64,000 nucleotides of DNA from Trichoplax adhaerens. Taxonomy: Eukaryota > Animalia > Placozoa. The first letter of the stretch is position 1. Each line of letters opens with the position of its first letter. A model generated the notes under the pieces. The model was not told where the DNA came from and did not search any database. It saw nothing but the letters and a program-made list of their open reading frames with translations. The stretch covers positions 8,642,159 through 8,706,158 of the forward strand of contig NW_002060944.1 in assembly GCF_000150275.1 (NCBI RefSeq). The letters run 5' to 3'. This document shows, in pieces, positions 1-13,600 of the stretch. Both the position numbers and the translations under genes were made by a program.

Positions 1-2
1 CA

Positions 3-191
3 TTGCAAGACAGTCATGGTTATACCGCTAATGATTATGCTCGTGCTGCAAATTCTGACGAATGCATTGAAGTTCTAGTCAGTAACGATTCATCACAAGA
101 AACATCTACTGCTAAGACGTTATATCTTACTAAAGAATTATTTGTCACAAGTAATAAGGAAAGAGATCGAAATCATAGCAGTATAGTTTAA
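3..191 (+). CDS. 3' end (last exon, partial) of a probable ankyrin-repeat protein
   Basis: Open frame from the window edge reads QDSHGYTANDYARAANSDECIEVL, matching the ankyrin pattern D-x-x-G-x-T-A/P-x-x-Y-A...ecie.L, then a polar tail and stop at 189-191. Upstream exons lie outside the window. Confidence 0.55.
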   Translation: MQDSHGYTANDYARAANSDECIEVLVSNDSSQETSTAKTLYLTKELFVTSNKERDRNHSSIV

Positions 192-2747
192 AAAATTAGT
201 TTAGATATCTAGAATCTATAGGCAGTTTATTGAAGCAATTTAAGTGACTATTTTCTCTTCAATACAAGAACCTCATCTTTCCATGAGGACTTCACAAAAT
301 GAATAGTGTTTATATATGTATGCATATTTGTGGATTTTGTGGTTGGCCAGAAAAAGGAGAGATATTTTCAAGGGCATCATGGTTAAATAGAAAGAGTTCT
401 CGACGGTAAAGATATGCCGAAATTTTTTGCAATTCGCTTCTGTTTGTACACTCTCGAGCTAATTATTATAATTATAAATGAATTACTACTATTGAATCTT
501 TGGTAAAGACACGAATGTTCTAGTAAATGGAAGGGATATCACAACTATTATTGGACAGTGAATATATTATACGCAAAAAATATACGAATATCTATCATTT
601 CGACCAATGGCAGTTATAAATTCACATTTAAGAACTTTATTCTAATACGTGTAATTGTCGCAACTTCAAGATTGCTGCTAGTTTGGTTGTTAAGAAATTA
701 ATATACGATAGGACAAAATGGTTTCCTTTATGGGTTGTGTAATCGTAATCTAAATCACATTTGATTATCCGCTGCATATAATTCTAAAACTAATTGGCAA
801 TCCATGAAATAGAGCAATACTACTGACATTATGATTCACCATTATGTGTATTCTGGTTATTCTGGTTATAAAAGCATCAAACCTGACGAATGAAAACAAA
901 ATTAGGGTGCAAATTTTGCCTACATCTCAATATTTTAGTAACTCTCTAACATAGCACTGAATACACAACACTTATTAATGCGATATTTCCGATTTAAATG
1001 ACTCTAAGTAAACTACTGTACTGTTGTGTAATCATCATTAGATATTGTTTAAAATAATCAATACTGTTAAATGCTCCAGACCATCTATAAATAGAGCGTG
1101 GTATTAATTATATATGTCTATATGTAATTGACTAAAATAGGAATATCTATCGTTACAGTGACTAGAATTTATAAACGTCCTCTCGAGTATCTTTAGCCAT
1201 CTCATAATTCTTATTGGATGGAAAAATTGTTGGCATAGATAAACGCATAAAATGTTCATGAATTACATGTTATAGTTTTATTTGATACTATTTCTATCAA
1301 AAAATTTTTAATTTGTATGGTGTCAGTTTATTCTCAGTTACTATTTGCATTGCCAATTTCTTAAACTTTAATTATTTAGAAAGATAATAGATTTAATGTA
1401 CAGCTGATTTTTAGTAAACTTTGGTTCGCTTGCATGATAAAACTAAACCAAATATAAGCAGTTATTAAGCTCAGACGATAGTATTTCTTAGATGCTATGG
1501 CTGATTGAGTTTCACTGTAACTAAGTAATTTCTTTTATAGTTGCAGATATGGCTGTATTGAATTATGAAAAATTTGTACGTGGATTTATATATGTTATAT
1601 ATGTGTAAAGCGATTAGTACTGCTCTATACCAGCTAGACAAACAGAAAATACCTCTTCCGCTAAAAATTCACATCTTGATTTAAAAATTAAAATTGATCA
1701 AATGAGCTTTGCCTTCCCTAAATCCACTTTATGATCTTTTCTCAGAGAAATTGTCGTCTTCAGCTTTTAGGTCAAAAACTGTTTACCACACCGTCATAAA
1801 AAAATTGGTATAACCATCTGTGTATATTAAATGCTGATTAAAATGCTGTTGCTATCTAAGTTCTTGCGTTAGTGGATGGACTTTATTAATACCTACTTCG
1901 ATAGTCGTGTCAAATGATCGATACAGCGTACAGTGTTTCAAATATGCACTGTTCATTTGAACATTAATTCTTGCATGACAAACTAATGGATAGCTAAAGA
2001 TTAAACGAAAATATTTTATTATCAAATTACATAGTGATTAAGAGCTCATAATATTTATATTGTGTTATTTCATGTTAAAATTCTAGTCTGATGACTATGT
2101 TACCGATTTTAAGTGATATATCATCAGAATGCAATACTACCAATTCAATCGTATCTCTTTTGCATACATTCGCTTATATCAGCATATTAAATAAATTCTA
2201 CGTTGCTAGCATGGTCACTATGAGAATAGCATTAAGTTATAGCCCTTTAGACATTTGTTTAGGCAATAAAGAATAGTTACTTGACGATGTAAATGTATAA
2301 AGAAGGTAAGTACTATACAATAGTTAGCATAAGAATTACTATCCAACAATCATACAAGTAACTTGTTACATTTTTATTCACACAGAGGAACAAGCGGATA
2401 ACATTGATGGAAATCTTATAAAATTTTTAAATAACAGTTTTTGGGGTTACTTTATGGTATCTGTTAACAGTAAACAGATTTCAAACTGTTTATGATATCT
2501 TAAAGCAATAACTCAGGACTTTTAAAAACTTTCCTCATCTTTCACTTCTGATAAATCATAATCAATTATCTATGCATGAAAATGGAAATCAATAATCATA
2601 ATGAACTCATTGTTAGTGAGAGCTTTAAACAATTCATGGATGGAAATTATGTGTATAAATCAGATACAAGCATTAAATGGTAGCGGATTTACAAATAAAA
2701 TCTATATCAAATGTACTACTCTCTGTTGATTAGTAAAATTCGCCACT

Positions 2748-5025
2748 TCAAGAATTTACACCATTAGCAGCTATATGATCGTCATTAATATGTACGTAAA
2801 ACGAAGTAGAACGTTGTCGACGACGATCAACGTGTATTATTGATGTTAATGCTAATGGTATGATTGTAAGGGAAGCCATAGTTATGAAAACAGTTGTGAT
2901 TGCAGTGCGAACTGTTGCTGAATATATACCGTTAGCAATAGCAGAAGCAAGGAGCGATGTTAAAACTTCTGTAGCTGATATAAAGCCAAACATTTTACCT
3001 GGGATAAGATAATACGAAATCAGTACATTAGAAGAAAATCTTCAATATCGCCGTTTGGCAAAAGCGTTTGATCACTCAAGCATAGCTAAGTCACTCTTAA
3101 ACAGAAAAATTTCAATCAATCAGATCTTTGCCGACAAAACTAATTTCAGATTCTGTCACTAAAGTAGAGAAATCATTCACATGAGAACAAAACCATTCAA
3201 GATACAAGCTCAAGAGTTAGTAGCAACTACCGCTTCTGTTAAACTATAGCTGTCTATTAGGAATTCAAATAGCTATATTTCCTTTCTACCAGTTACAGCG
3301 GTTTGACAATGTACTAAAGTAAAATGTTGTAATGTCACTGTGCTATTCTTATTTTTGTGCAGCTAGTACATTTTGTGATTACTATATCAAACTTAGAAGA
3401 TTCGTGCGCATCATCACGATAGCAAGCCAATTATATCTAAACAAGAGTATCTCAGCGCTTACCTAATTCGTCCTGGTTAACAATCTTTGATAACATAGCA
3501 CGGCAACTAGGTATCGCCATTCCAGTTAATCCATCAATGATGGAGCCTAGTAAAGTTATACAGGATAAATCAATATCAAAATAGCAAGCACCAAAAAAGT
3601 TGCAAATATTTTTAATTTAAGATTGGCAATATGAGTACAGTATATATATATACTGGTATATGCTGTATATATTATAATTGAATAAGAATGCCTATAAGCG
3701 ACATCCATTTACGTTAACTCTGCTAATAGACTAATGCATTTGGTGTCCAGTATGCATTGATTATTAAGTTATGTATCTATTTCACTCTAGATATATTTGA
3801 ATTCTTTAATTTAACATCAATTATGCTAGATACTGTATACTAATAATAATGGAAACGATTCCAGTCTATGATTATAAACTACACATCATTATTGGTGAAT
3901 GCAGTTACCGATGAAAACAATTGACGGTGATCGTATAAATCCAATGTACAACCATGAAGCAGTTGATGATAGTACACCAATCATAATTAAGCTTGTATCA
4001 TTAAAATGTAAAATTTTGGATAGAATTGGCATAACTATAATTGCTGCTATTCCGTTCAAACATAGTTTTAGTGCTACAATGTCACCAATACTCGTTGGTG
4101 TCAACGAGAGCGGTGGGTGTTTTAGGTAAACGTAAATGATGTTATTAAAAGCATTGAAAATGATGACATTGAGGAAAAATATGGCGACCAACAAGATTAA
4201 ATGAATCCGTAAGTGGCCAACACGAGGTTTGATAATCACTTTATAGCTGGCTTGAAAATTACGCATTGAAAAAAATGTGGAACAGCGATTCTGATCTGGA
4301 GTATCAACTTGCTGATTGTCGTTAGGATCTGTTGGACGATAGGATTCGGTTATGACAAATATGATGTATAAAATTAAGCAAAAATAAATGATTACATTGG
4401 CCCAAAATGGAGGTAAAAACCCAGCCGTATCTAGCCATCGACCAGAAATAAAATTAGCCATTGATCCACCTATAAATGTCATGGATTCTAAAATACCAAT
4501 TCGTGAACTACGCGTGTCACCATGACTAATATCAGAGATGTAAGAAAAAACAGCCATTAATAACGTTGGATAATTGCCAAAGAATCCTGAAATAGCTGAT
4601 CCAATGTACATGTACGGCACTGGCTTGTCAATTAGATAAGCATTAATGAGAAAGATGACATTTTTAATACCAGCACCAATACATGGCAATATCATGACCA
4701 CTTTACGGCCAAGTTTATCAGATAAATTGCCTAGAATGATAGACGCACAAACTGATGGAATAATAAATGATAAATTCAAGTAGAAAATATACGTTGAAGT
4801 CTGACTTTCAATACTATTTTCAGTGGTATTATCCAATCGAATAGAGGAATTGGAGCAAATACTTAAGGGTAAATAATTTAAGCAAACTTTACGTCGTATT
4901 AAAAACATGACTAGAGCATATTCTGAAAATTGGCAGAACATGAACAAGAATAATACTGGCTCAACGGTGATACTGCGTGGGATTTTGGCCAGCGTTGACA
5001 ACCAATTCGATCTTTCAACTGCCAT
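2748..5025 (-). CDS. SLC46 family (PCFT/SLC46A3-like) MFS transporter, 3 exons, ~483 aa
   Basis: Exons 5025-3909, 3546-3463, 2998-2748 with GT..AG introns, both phase 1, joining in frame (..SIVFI G SIIDGLTGMAIPSCRAMLSKIVNQDEL G KMFGF..). N-terminal ITVEPVLFLF, MFS motif LGNLSDKLGRK, FSYISDI..R..RIGILE and SKIV...E.GK.F are SLC46 hallmarks. Confidence 0.9.
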
Positions 5026-5082
5026 CTTGGAGGATAACCTTTCTTCTCCAGTATAAAATCAATGCAATGGAACAAGATTGTC

Positions 5083-5992
5083 TCTAATTTGTCTTTAAAT
5101 AAAGTGAAAATGGGATGTTGAAATGGTTTAGAGTTGAATTTTTCCCTTTTTCCTCTATCCTGTACTAGGTCAATCCAGCAGACTTTAGCACGATGTTTCG
5201 CTCGTCTTTGAAATCAATGAAAAATGCAATATTCCAGTGACACAAGATGAAATCAATCCGTATAGTCTGTACCACCATACGATACTTTACTAGCTCTATC
5301 TACAGTCTAGTTTGTTTTTAAATAAAGTGAAAATGGGATGTTGAAATGATTCAGATATGAATTTTTCCCTTTTTCCTCTATCCTGTACTAGGTTAATCCA
5401 GCAGACTTTAGCACGATGTCCACTCGTCTTTGAAACCAATAAAAAATGCAATTTTTCAGTGACACAAGATGAAATCAATCCTTTTGATGCGTCTAGTCTG
5501 TACGACCATACAAGACTTTACTAGCTCTATCTACAGTCTAATTTGTCTTTAAATAAAGCGAAAATGGGATGTTGAAATGATTCAGAGTTGAATTTTTCCT
5601 CTATCCTGTACTAGGTTAATCCAGCAGACTTTAGCACGATGTCCGCTCGTCTTTGAAATCAATGAAAAATGCAATTTTCCAGTGACACAAGATGAAATCA
5701 ATCCTTTTGATGCGTCTAGTCTGTATCACCATACAAGACTTTACCAGCTCTATCTACAGTCTAATTTGTCTTTAAATAAAGTGAAAATGGGATGTTGAAA
5801 TGGTTCAGAGTTGAATTTTTCCCTTTTTCCCCTATCCTGTACTAGGTCAATCCAGCAGACTTTAGCACGATGTCCGCTCGTCTTTGAAATCAATGAAAAA
5901 TGCAATTTTCCAGCGACACAAGATGAAATCAATCCTTTTGATGCGTCTAGTCTGTACCACCATACAAGACTTTACTAGCTCTATCTACAGTC
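5083..5992. repeat. Tandem array, 4 units of 223/231/223/231 bp, starting 58 bp upstream of the SLC46 ATG
   Basis: Units start at ~5083, 5306, 5537, 5760 (TCTAATTTGTCTTTAAATAAAGTGAAAATGGGATGTTGAAA...). Copies are highly similar, with scattered substitutions and two different 8-bp deletions. Confidence 0.95.
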
Positions 5993-6089
5993 GAATAGTC
6001 AAGTTTGAATATCGTATAAGCTGAACTAGCCAGAAAAGAGTTATAGCGCTATTTTAGTTGCCAAATCCTTGCAGCTTTCTCGGACATAA

Positions 6090-6320
6090 ATTTATTCCTT
6101 GTCGTCCATTTTCTTTGGCAGAGAGACAAAGTGCTGGTGACTGGTACGAGTCAGTCTACACCTAGCTGACCTGACACGGTCACTGCACATTGGCCAATCG
6201 TACACACAGCTCCGTCCATCCATGTCGTCCATGCTAGAAGAAGGGTGCCATCCAATGCAGGCCTGCTCGCATCGAATATTGAATACATAAAAGCAATGGC
6301 AGGCTCTCGATCAGCATCCA
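6090..6320 (-). promoter_or_regulatory. GC-richer promoter-like island for the SLC46 gene
   Basis: Local GC/CpG rise just beyond the tandem array, CCAAT box (GGCCAATC ~6192-6199), three GTCCAT motifs. TSS not determinable from sequence. Confidence 0.45.
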
Positions 6321-7626
6321 GCTAGGGATAAGTCTTGCAATCTTATTCAAAAACGAATTTTATGCAAGTAAACGTATCGGAAGTAGTTTTGACTGCCATT
6401 AGACAGGAATTAGTTTATAAAGGATGAGGGAATTTATCTAAATCTAATTTGGCTTTTAACTTATTGCCTCCTTGTATGGCTGAACACTTTCAACAAAGTG
6501 AACGAAAAAAAATCGAGATTCAAGTACTTGGGTAGATTGCACAGTTTTACATGTCTATCTAGAAAGCTATTGAGGAAAAGCAAAAGAAGAACGAGATAGG
6601 GAATCTGGCCTAGAGTGGAACTAACAGTTTCTGAAGAATGCGGTAGTTTATAAGATTATTATACCATATTTACCTACACTGAACGTTGTCGTACTATACC
6701 CGGTAGTCGGCCCTTAAAATCAATCTGTGTTTCATAAATATTAGATGGAAAAAAATAGTTTAGGAAGGACATGCCATGGTACCGGTGCGCCTAACAAGAT
6801 CGCTCCACGACATCGGATTGCATTAAAGATAGACGGATAATTCGCTTAATCTTATATTAATTAAGGATAGCTTACAGTTACGTCGAGGCGATAGCAAGGT
6901 CATAGAAATTGAGTTTTAGCAAATAAAAGGGGAAATTGAGTTTAATTAGCCCATAATCATGCAGATTTAATTTCACTAAATTTACCTAACCTTTCACATG
7001 AACTGATTTATTGGAGTATTCGCACGAAATGGGGTAGAAATACCAGGTGCTGCACGTTGTAGATCAACGGCGGTGCAAAGTTAAATCGCTACTTAGCTCA
7101 CTTATGAGCGATGAAGCAATAAAGTTATAAAAATAATGATACTACTAACAATTTAACCAATATCCTCTTATAAATATTATAATCGCTTTTATTTCAGATA
7201 GGAGATTAGACTTAATATCAGTAGTCAAGATCGACTGCTATACAATAAAAACAAGTAAAAACTATCATCTCGTGTTCTTTAAAAAACGACATACACCTTT
7301 CAAATCACAGAAAAGAGCTGTAAATTTAATTATCAAGATATTTATGACTGACCATGAAGGCATTAATTAAAATAGTTATCACGATCATACAAAGAAGTTA
7401 CAAAATAATTTTTAGAAGAGTTCTTGAAGAACTATCTGATTTCTTATTATGATCATCTAAATCCTACGATGGCTTATTATGAGCGTAATAGAACCGTATA
7501 CGAGCATATACTCAATTCATCTTTTAAAATAAGCTTGCAAAACTCACTAAAAAAGATTGCAAGCCAGCATTTCAGGCTATTTACGTCATTAACTTTGAAC
7601 GTATTACAGTGATAATATAAAATAAA

Positions 7627-10600
7627 TTAATTATCAGGGCTATCAAAGCTCGTCTTTGTTGAGTTTCTACTTAATGTCGCTGACTGGGATCTTGTCTCTT
7701 TAAATTCGTATTCATTGGCAATTCTTGGCCGAAGATGTAAAGGCACCAATCGACTATGTGATAGCGATCGAGTTTTACAAGCAGCTATTTTACGTGCGCT
7801 GGATAAAAGTGGCTTAACGAAATTCTGCGGAGATTCTCCTCCTGTATTATCACGATAGTAATATTGAATTTGAGCTCATATTCGGAATATAGTAATTAGA
7901 ATAATTTCATTCTCATGCGCTATTAAAAAAGTTATCACATATAGTATTAAAATGACGTTACTAATAGATTATGTCCATTACTCCTCTTGCTGTAAGATAC
8001 ACAACTATTTAATTTAAATAACCTAAAGCTCTTTGTATAAGTCATGTATCCGTATGCATCATGATTTATAAAATTACCTGCAGCTTTGTTGCTGATAGCT
8101 ACAGCGGTATGTATGATATCGACATCGGATGCAATAGCGCTTTCCTCCCGATTGAAATTGAAATCATCTATCCCCGACGTTACAGAATCATTATCTTTGA
8201 TACCTAGATTTTTGACTGTAACAGAGAATTAGGATAGACCACGTTAATATTCAATTATGAATCTGAATCAATCTTCTATTATTACGACACCAGCAAACTG
8301 ATCAATATGCAAAAGTCTTCTGTTGTGAAACGATCATTTCTAAAGATACTTATTCGATAGATAGAAGATTTTTTTTGGGGGGGGGGGGGGCGCTAACAGT
8401 ATAAAGTAACTCGCGATTCTTATTATTGAACAACAAGTTTAAAATGCACTAAATATCTGAAATTGTAGAGATTATCCGTCTTATACACTATTTCGTTACG
8501 TAGAAATAACTTCATTTCAAAACTGGGTAAAATATAGGACTTGTACACCGATCACACTTACTCTTACTACTTCGGCCATTTATTGGTGGCAATGGCCATC
8601 GCAGTTGTGGACTACCGACTCTTGAATTCGATGTTTGAATAGAATTGGATATAGAATTGGTATCAAAGTCGCAAATATCGGATATATGGAAATTTTTAGA
8701 CGTTTTCGGCTCTTGATGATTATTTTCTACATTAATAATTGCAAATATTAACTAAAAGATGATAGATAGCACAGATTTAATGAAGGTAATATACTAATAA
8801 CATTTCATGAAAGCTGTCGAAATGCCTGCAAATTTGACAGGATCAATTACTTTGAGCAATTAAGTGCATGCACGACCGCATTAGTACCCGTCAAAACTTT
8901 TATTGGTCGACCTGGTAGATGTACAGTAGATATTTACACATTACCTCTTGACCAGAAGAAATCATGATCGAAATGTATTCTAGCAGTTGCTACAGCTGCT
9001 GTAGGAGGTCTTTCTATTTGAGCTAGGAATGCCACAGAGCAAACTTGCCCCACTAAAATTACGACAATAAGAAATTTAATAGAATATAAACCTCAACTGA
9101 ATTACGAAATTCATAAAGTACTTCAAGATAATAATTTCTATTCGTTAACTACGTAATCTGCTGACCTGGATATATCAAGGCAGATTTTAACAAGCTATTT
9201 TGGTAACTTGTATGATCTACAGCTGTTTTTAATTTGCCAACTTCTGTTTTATAATCTCTCCATTCATTAGCTAAAGTAAAAAGATAAATCAAAAATTGAT
9301 GAAAAAGTCTAAACATATTATTCAGAATTTAACGTCTGTGGTTGTTAAAATTTTCCAAATTGAAATTATTCAAGTCAATCGATGCTAGTAATATTGATAC
9401 AATATATTTGGATATTTTTTATACATATTTCTATTCATTCATTTTTATTTTTTATGTATTCATTTATTAATTAAGATGGAAAAAGGTACATTTATAGATG
9501 ATCATAATCATATTCATTCTTTAAGATAATCTTCATGTTAATGATTATACTACAAATAAGCTGATTTGAACATATAATAGTATACGATCTAGTTTATATT
9601 CAATATCTCATTCAAATTCTACATTACTCAAAGAATCAATATTTTCTCATTAGTGATGTGTAATACAATTGGACTGCGTCATCTACGAAAAATTAAGCTA
9701 TCACACTTGACGTTCAATATAAATTAATAATTTTTGTCATTTATTCCTGAGTTAGTATCGTACTTAAAAACTTTCAAATCATAATATTAGCGATGATAAT
9801 GTCTATGCATTTCCAATATTGACTTACCAACTGATGTCGTGTGAAACAGCATTCTGGGACGATAATCAAAAAATGTAAAGAATCGACTAAGAACGCAACG
9901 ATACTTTTTTCTATAGTGGCGTCGCATGAAAGCGTACATAAAAGGATTAAAGATCATATTAAGGCCAGCTAGATAAATTCGAATAATATCGACGGAGATG
10001 ATACTAATTGTTAAACTGCCGAATCGACTCCACAAAATAAGGATCTAGTAGATAGAATAAAGGAAAAGGACATACATTATTTCAAGTCGTCTACCAAAAA
10101 TTAATCATGTAAATCTCTAATAAAAGTGCGATAGCATATACTAATTATAATTTAAATTATACTTTATAAATGTTAAGGACCATATAAAGTTATTCAGTAA
10201 CATTAATTTGAAGTAATACTGTTTAAAATGATACTATTTTGGTCCAAATATTCTACTGTGAAATAATAAGTTGATAAGTAATAATGATTCTCCTGATAGC
10301 AGTTTATGAGCTTACTTTATTTAAGATGACCAACTGTCTAATTAACACTAAATAAATGATATTCTGCAGGTAAATCATTCTACGATGAAAGAAATTAACT
10401 GAAAAGCTATTCGTCCTTGAGTGACAGTTGATAAATCTATCATTTAATGACGTATGTTGTAGGGTACGAGATAGATTATAAAGAATTGCTGACTTGGTTG
10501 TTATACCGCGATATTCACATTTAGTGATTGATGCTGTAAATTTTGCGTTCAAAGATTCTATTTAATTTAAATGACTTTGATCATAATTATGAGAGGTTTA

Positions 10601-13600
10601 CTAGATGTAATGATTTAATAATTAATAGATTAGTATACCAGGTATATTATGTTATATCTAGACGTGATACCGAAGTTTAAAGACTATAAGCTAATCATCT
10701 AATCACGATAGTATAAGCGAGCTGTAATAGAACAAGGCTGAACATTGAGGATTGAAGATTATATATCATTAGTTCATTCTTTAATTTCAGTAATATATTC
10801 GCTAATTTAATTCGAACAGAGTACGATACTAAGCTCATTATTTACAAGCTCCTTATTAGTTATTTATCACAAATAATGTAAGTTTAGTCAACAAAGAGAA
10901 AAGCCAAACTAAGTGTTAAGAGTAGTTGCGATATTTAGTTTCGATTAAGGTTAGCATGATACAAACTAAACTAAATATCTAGACTCAAAAGTTATCAGTT
11001 TCTTAGATGATCGCATTAATATAATTTCAGTACAATATCAGAATGGTAGCCTATATTTGGAGATCAACTGTTTTGATAATTACTTTTATTTGACATAAGA
11101 TAGCGCGATACTGGACCGATGGTCTAGAGCTAGGTATTACTAATTTCTTATGATAGATATAGCGATTGCTAATTGTTTTTATCAGGTAAGTTCAGCATGT
11201 ACTAAATAACGAATTAGAAGCATTAATTATATTATTTATGGGATTATTAGATTACTTTAACTATCAAGAAATAGAAATCTAGATGTTTAGTAAAATCACG
11301 TTATTAGTAATTTGTCTACTAGTTCATCTAATTTTTCATTTTCAGGCAATATTGCCGTTAAATTTGATCAAGCTCACATTTTGATAATACAGTAATCAAC
11401 GTCGATACTTAGTGCATGCACATATAAATACGTAAGAATGGTAGTACGACGGAGAAATTTTCCATTATGAAACAAAATAAGTAGTTATACCGACACTCCT
11501 TATATTCAAATACCTTTAGTAATTATGACGTCTTGATTAAAGTGCTATTACGTAAACGGAAACAGCACCTGCCCGCCTGATTGTACTGATTCAATATAAA
11601 TCATTTTTACGTCTACATATTACATCTGATCTAATTCGAATAGCCCCCTCCCCTCATTTACATTATCTCGCACTTAGACATCTTTAATAGTTATCATTAA
11701 AAATTAAACAATATAAGTGAATTTTGATAAATACTAAATTGCTTCTTACAGATCAATTATAGGATTTGGGTTTAATTTTTCAGGATATTATCAATCTACA
11801 TAGGAATTTAAAATCTTCTACACCATTCCTCTTGTTTTTAATTAGTGAAATTTCAGTCTTGTCAATCAGTATTACCAAATTGCTAATTCTAGTAGGTCAT
11901 CGGAAATTAAATAAATACTGACCCTAGCTTATTTCTAGATAAGATCGATACTGAAGTAATAAACCAAATCGACTTACATTAAATCCGTCATTGCTTTTGC
12001 ATTATACGGCAATATTGTATCTGCATTGATAGTTGAGCTATTTTGACTGATGGTAAGAAGATCTAGTTTCCAGCTAGTTGATATGATTAAAATACTTAAT
12101 TTAAAACAGAAATTTAATCAGGATCTTGTGGTATGATATCTAGAATAGAAAGCTGGAACCTCACGCTGAGTGGTAATGATATAACGTTCTTGTTAAAGTT
12201 GATTAAGAATCCATTTTAATAGTAGATTAGAATTACTTTTTATCTTCTCTATTACATCAAGAAAGCAGAATATCGGGCATAAGGTCTCTTTATACCAACA
12301 TAAATTTTGGTAAGAGATCAGTAAAACAATTTGAAAGGTATCTGAGCTGTAAGATTAGATGTAGCACTGCTTCATATGTTAAATGATGCTGTGATCATAT
12401 TCTATACTGTATTTCTACATTTGGTTTTAAAAGTTTTATATATTTGCTTTTAAGAGCTGGTTATACCTTAAGCTAAGGCTAATGCTATGATAAACTTAAT
12501 ATTACTTATATTTTGATATTATAACTAGTTTCCAATAAATATTACTAGATCGACATAGGGAGGCGCAAGATCAGCGTTCTCTTTATTAATACTAGACGTA
12601 TCGGGGAATTTAGCTTTACAGTAATGCATATTGGGAATCGAAGGAATTAAATCTGTCCTTCTGTAACTGTTACTGCAATGCATTATAACGCTTATCCTGT
12701 ACTAGCATACTCTTAATGTATTTATAATAAATTATGAGAAATTATTCATGAAAGCGCAAATATCAATTTACTTTCGTCTTTTAATAGATTTGATACTACG
12801 TGTCTATTAGAAATTTTGTTAGATTCTTCTTATTTTGACACATATTAGACAAATAGAAGAAATCGATTAAAAATTTAAATTGAAACAATGAGCCCTTTTA
12901 AAAATCTCACGATACCTAGAATTAGATAATTTCAGTCAAATAATAATCTACTGCAGCGGAACTTGTAACTTTAAGTTACTTCAGTATGAGTATTGCAGTA
13001 ATTAATAGTTACAATATCAAATGATAATTTTCGATTGAAATCATGGACTATTAGGGGAATTTCCTACCAAACTAAGGATTAGATGTTGATACGTATATCA
13101 AATAGCAATCCAATTTATTGGAATTTTAAACTTCAAATTAGTCTAGTTGGAGTAGCTACAGTATTGATTGTCTTCTATGTAAATCATAAAACTTCCGGTT
13201 ACATTGAAGCTAAGTCATGAAAGGCCCTTTTCCTCTTTAGAATTGAATGTTTATTGATCAACTGAAATCTGAATATCGGAATTGTATTACTTACTGTATA
13301 TAATGTACGTGTAGCACCGCGTAAATTTCAAGATTCCTTCAGTATTAAGTTAACTAGCTGAGTAATACCTTAGTTATAAGTCCTAAGTAGTATAGGAAGT
13401 AGTAATAATTTGTATGATGATTCTACAGTCCTAAGTATTAGGATAATTATCCGCTTTATCTTAGCCGGACGTCGTTTCTGGGTTCGACAAATTTTCAAGT
13501 AAGAAATTACTATATAAAGAGTAGAGACTGCTAGATATATGATTTGTATAGAACTGTGATTGATTGAAAATTGGCCAAGTCCGATTATCCGGTTTATCTT

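Noticed and set aside
5296-5932. Two near-identical 60-aa ORFs suggesting duplicated small genes
   Set aside because: TTG-initiated translations of tandem-repeat units 2 and 4; broken by 8-bp deletions in units 1 and 3.
8369-8390. T-run followed by a G-run in a GPCR intron
   Set aside because: Simple homopolymer, error-prone in assembly, with no further structure.
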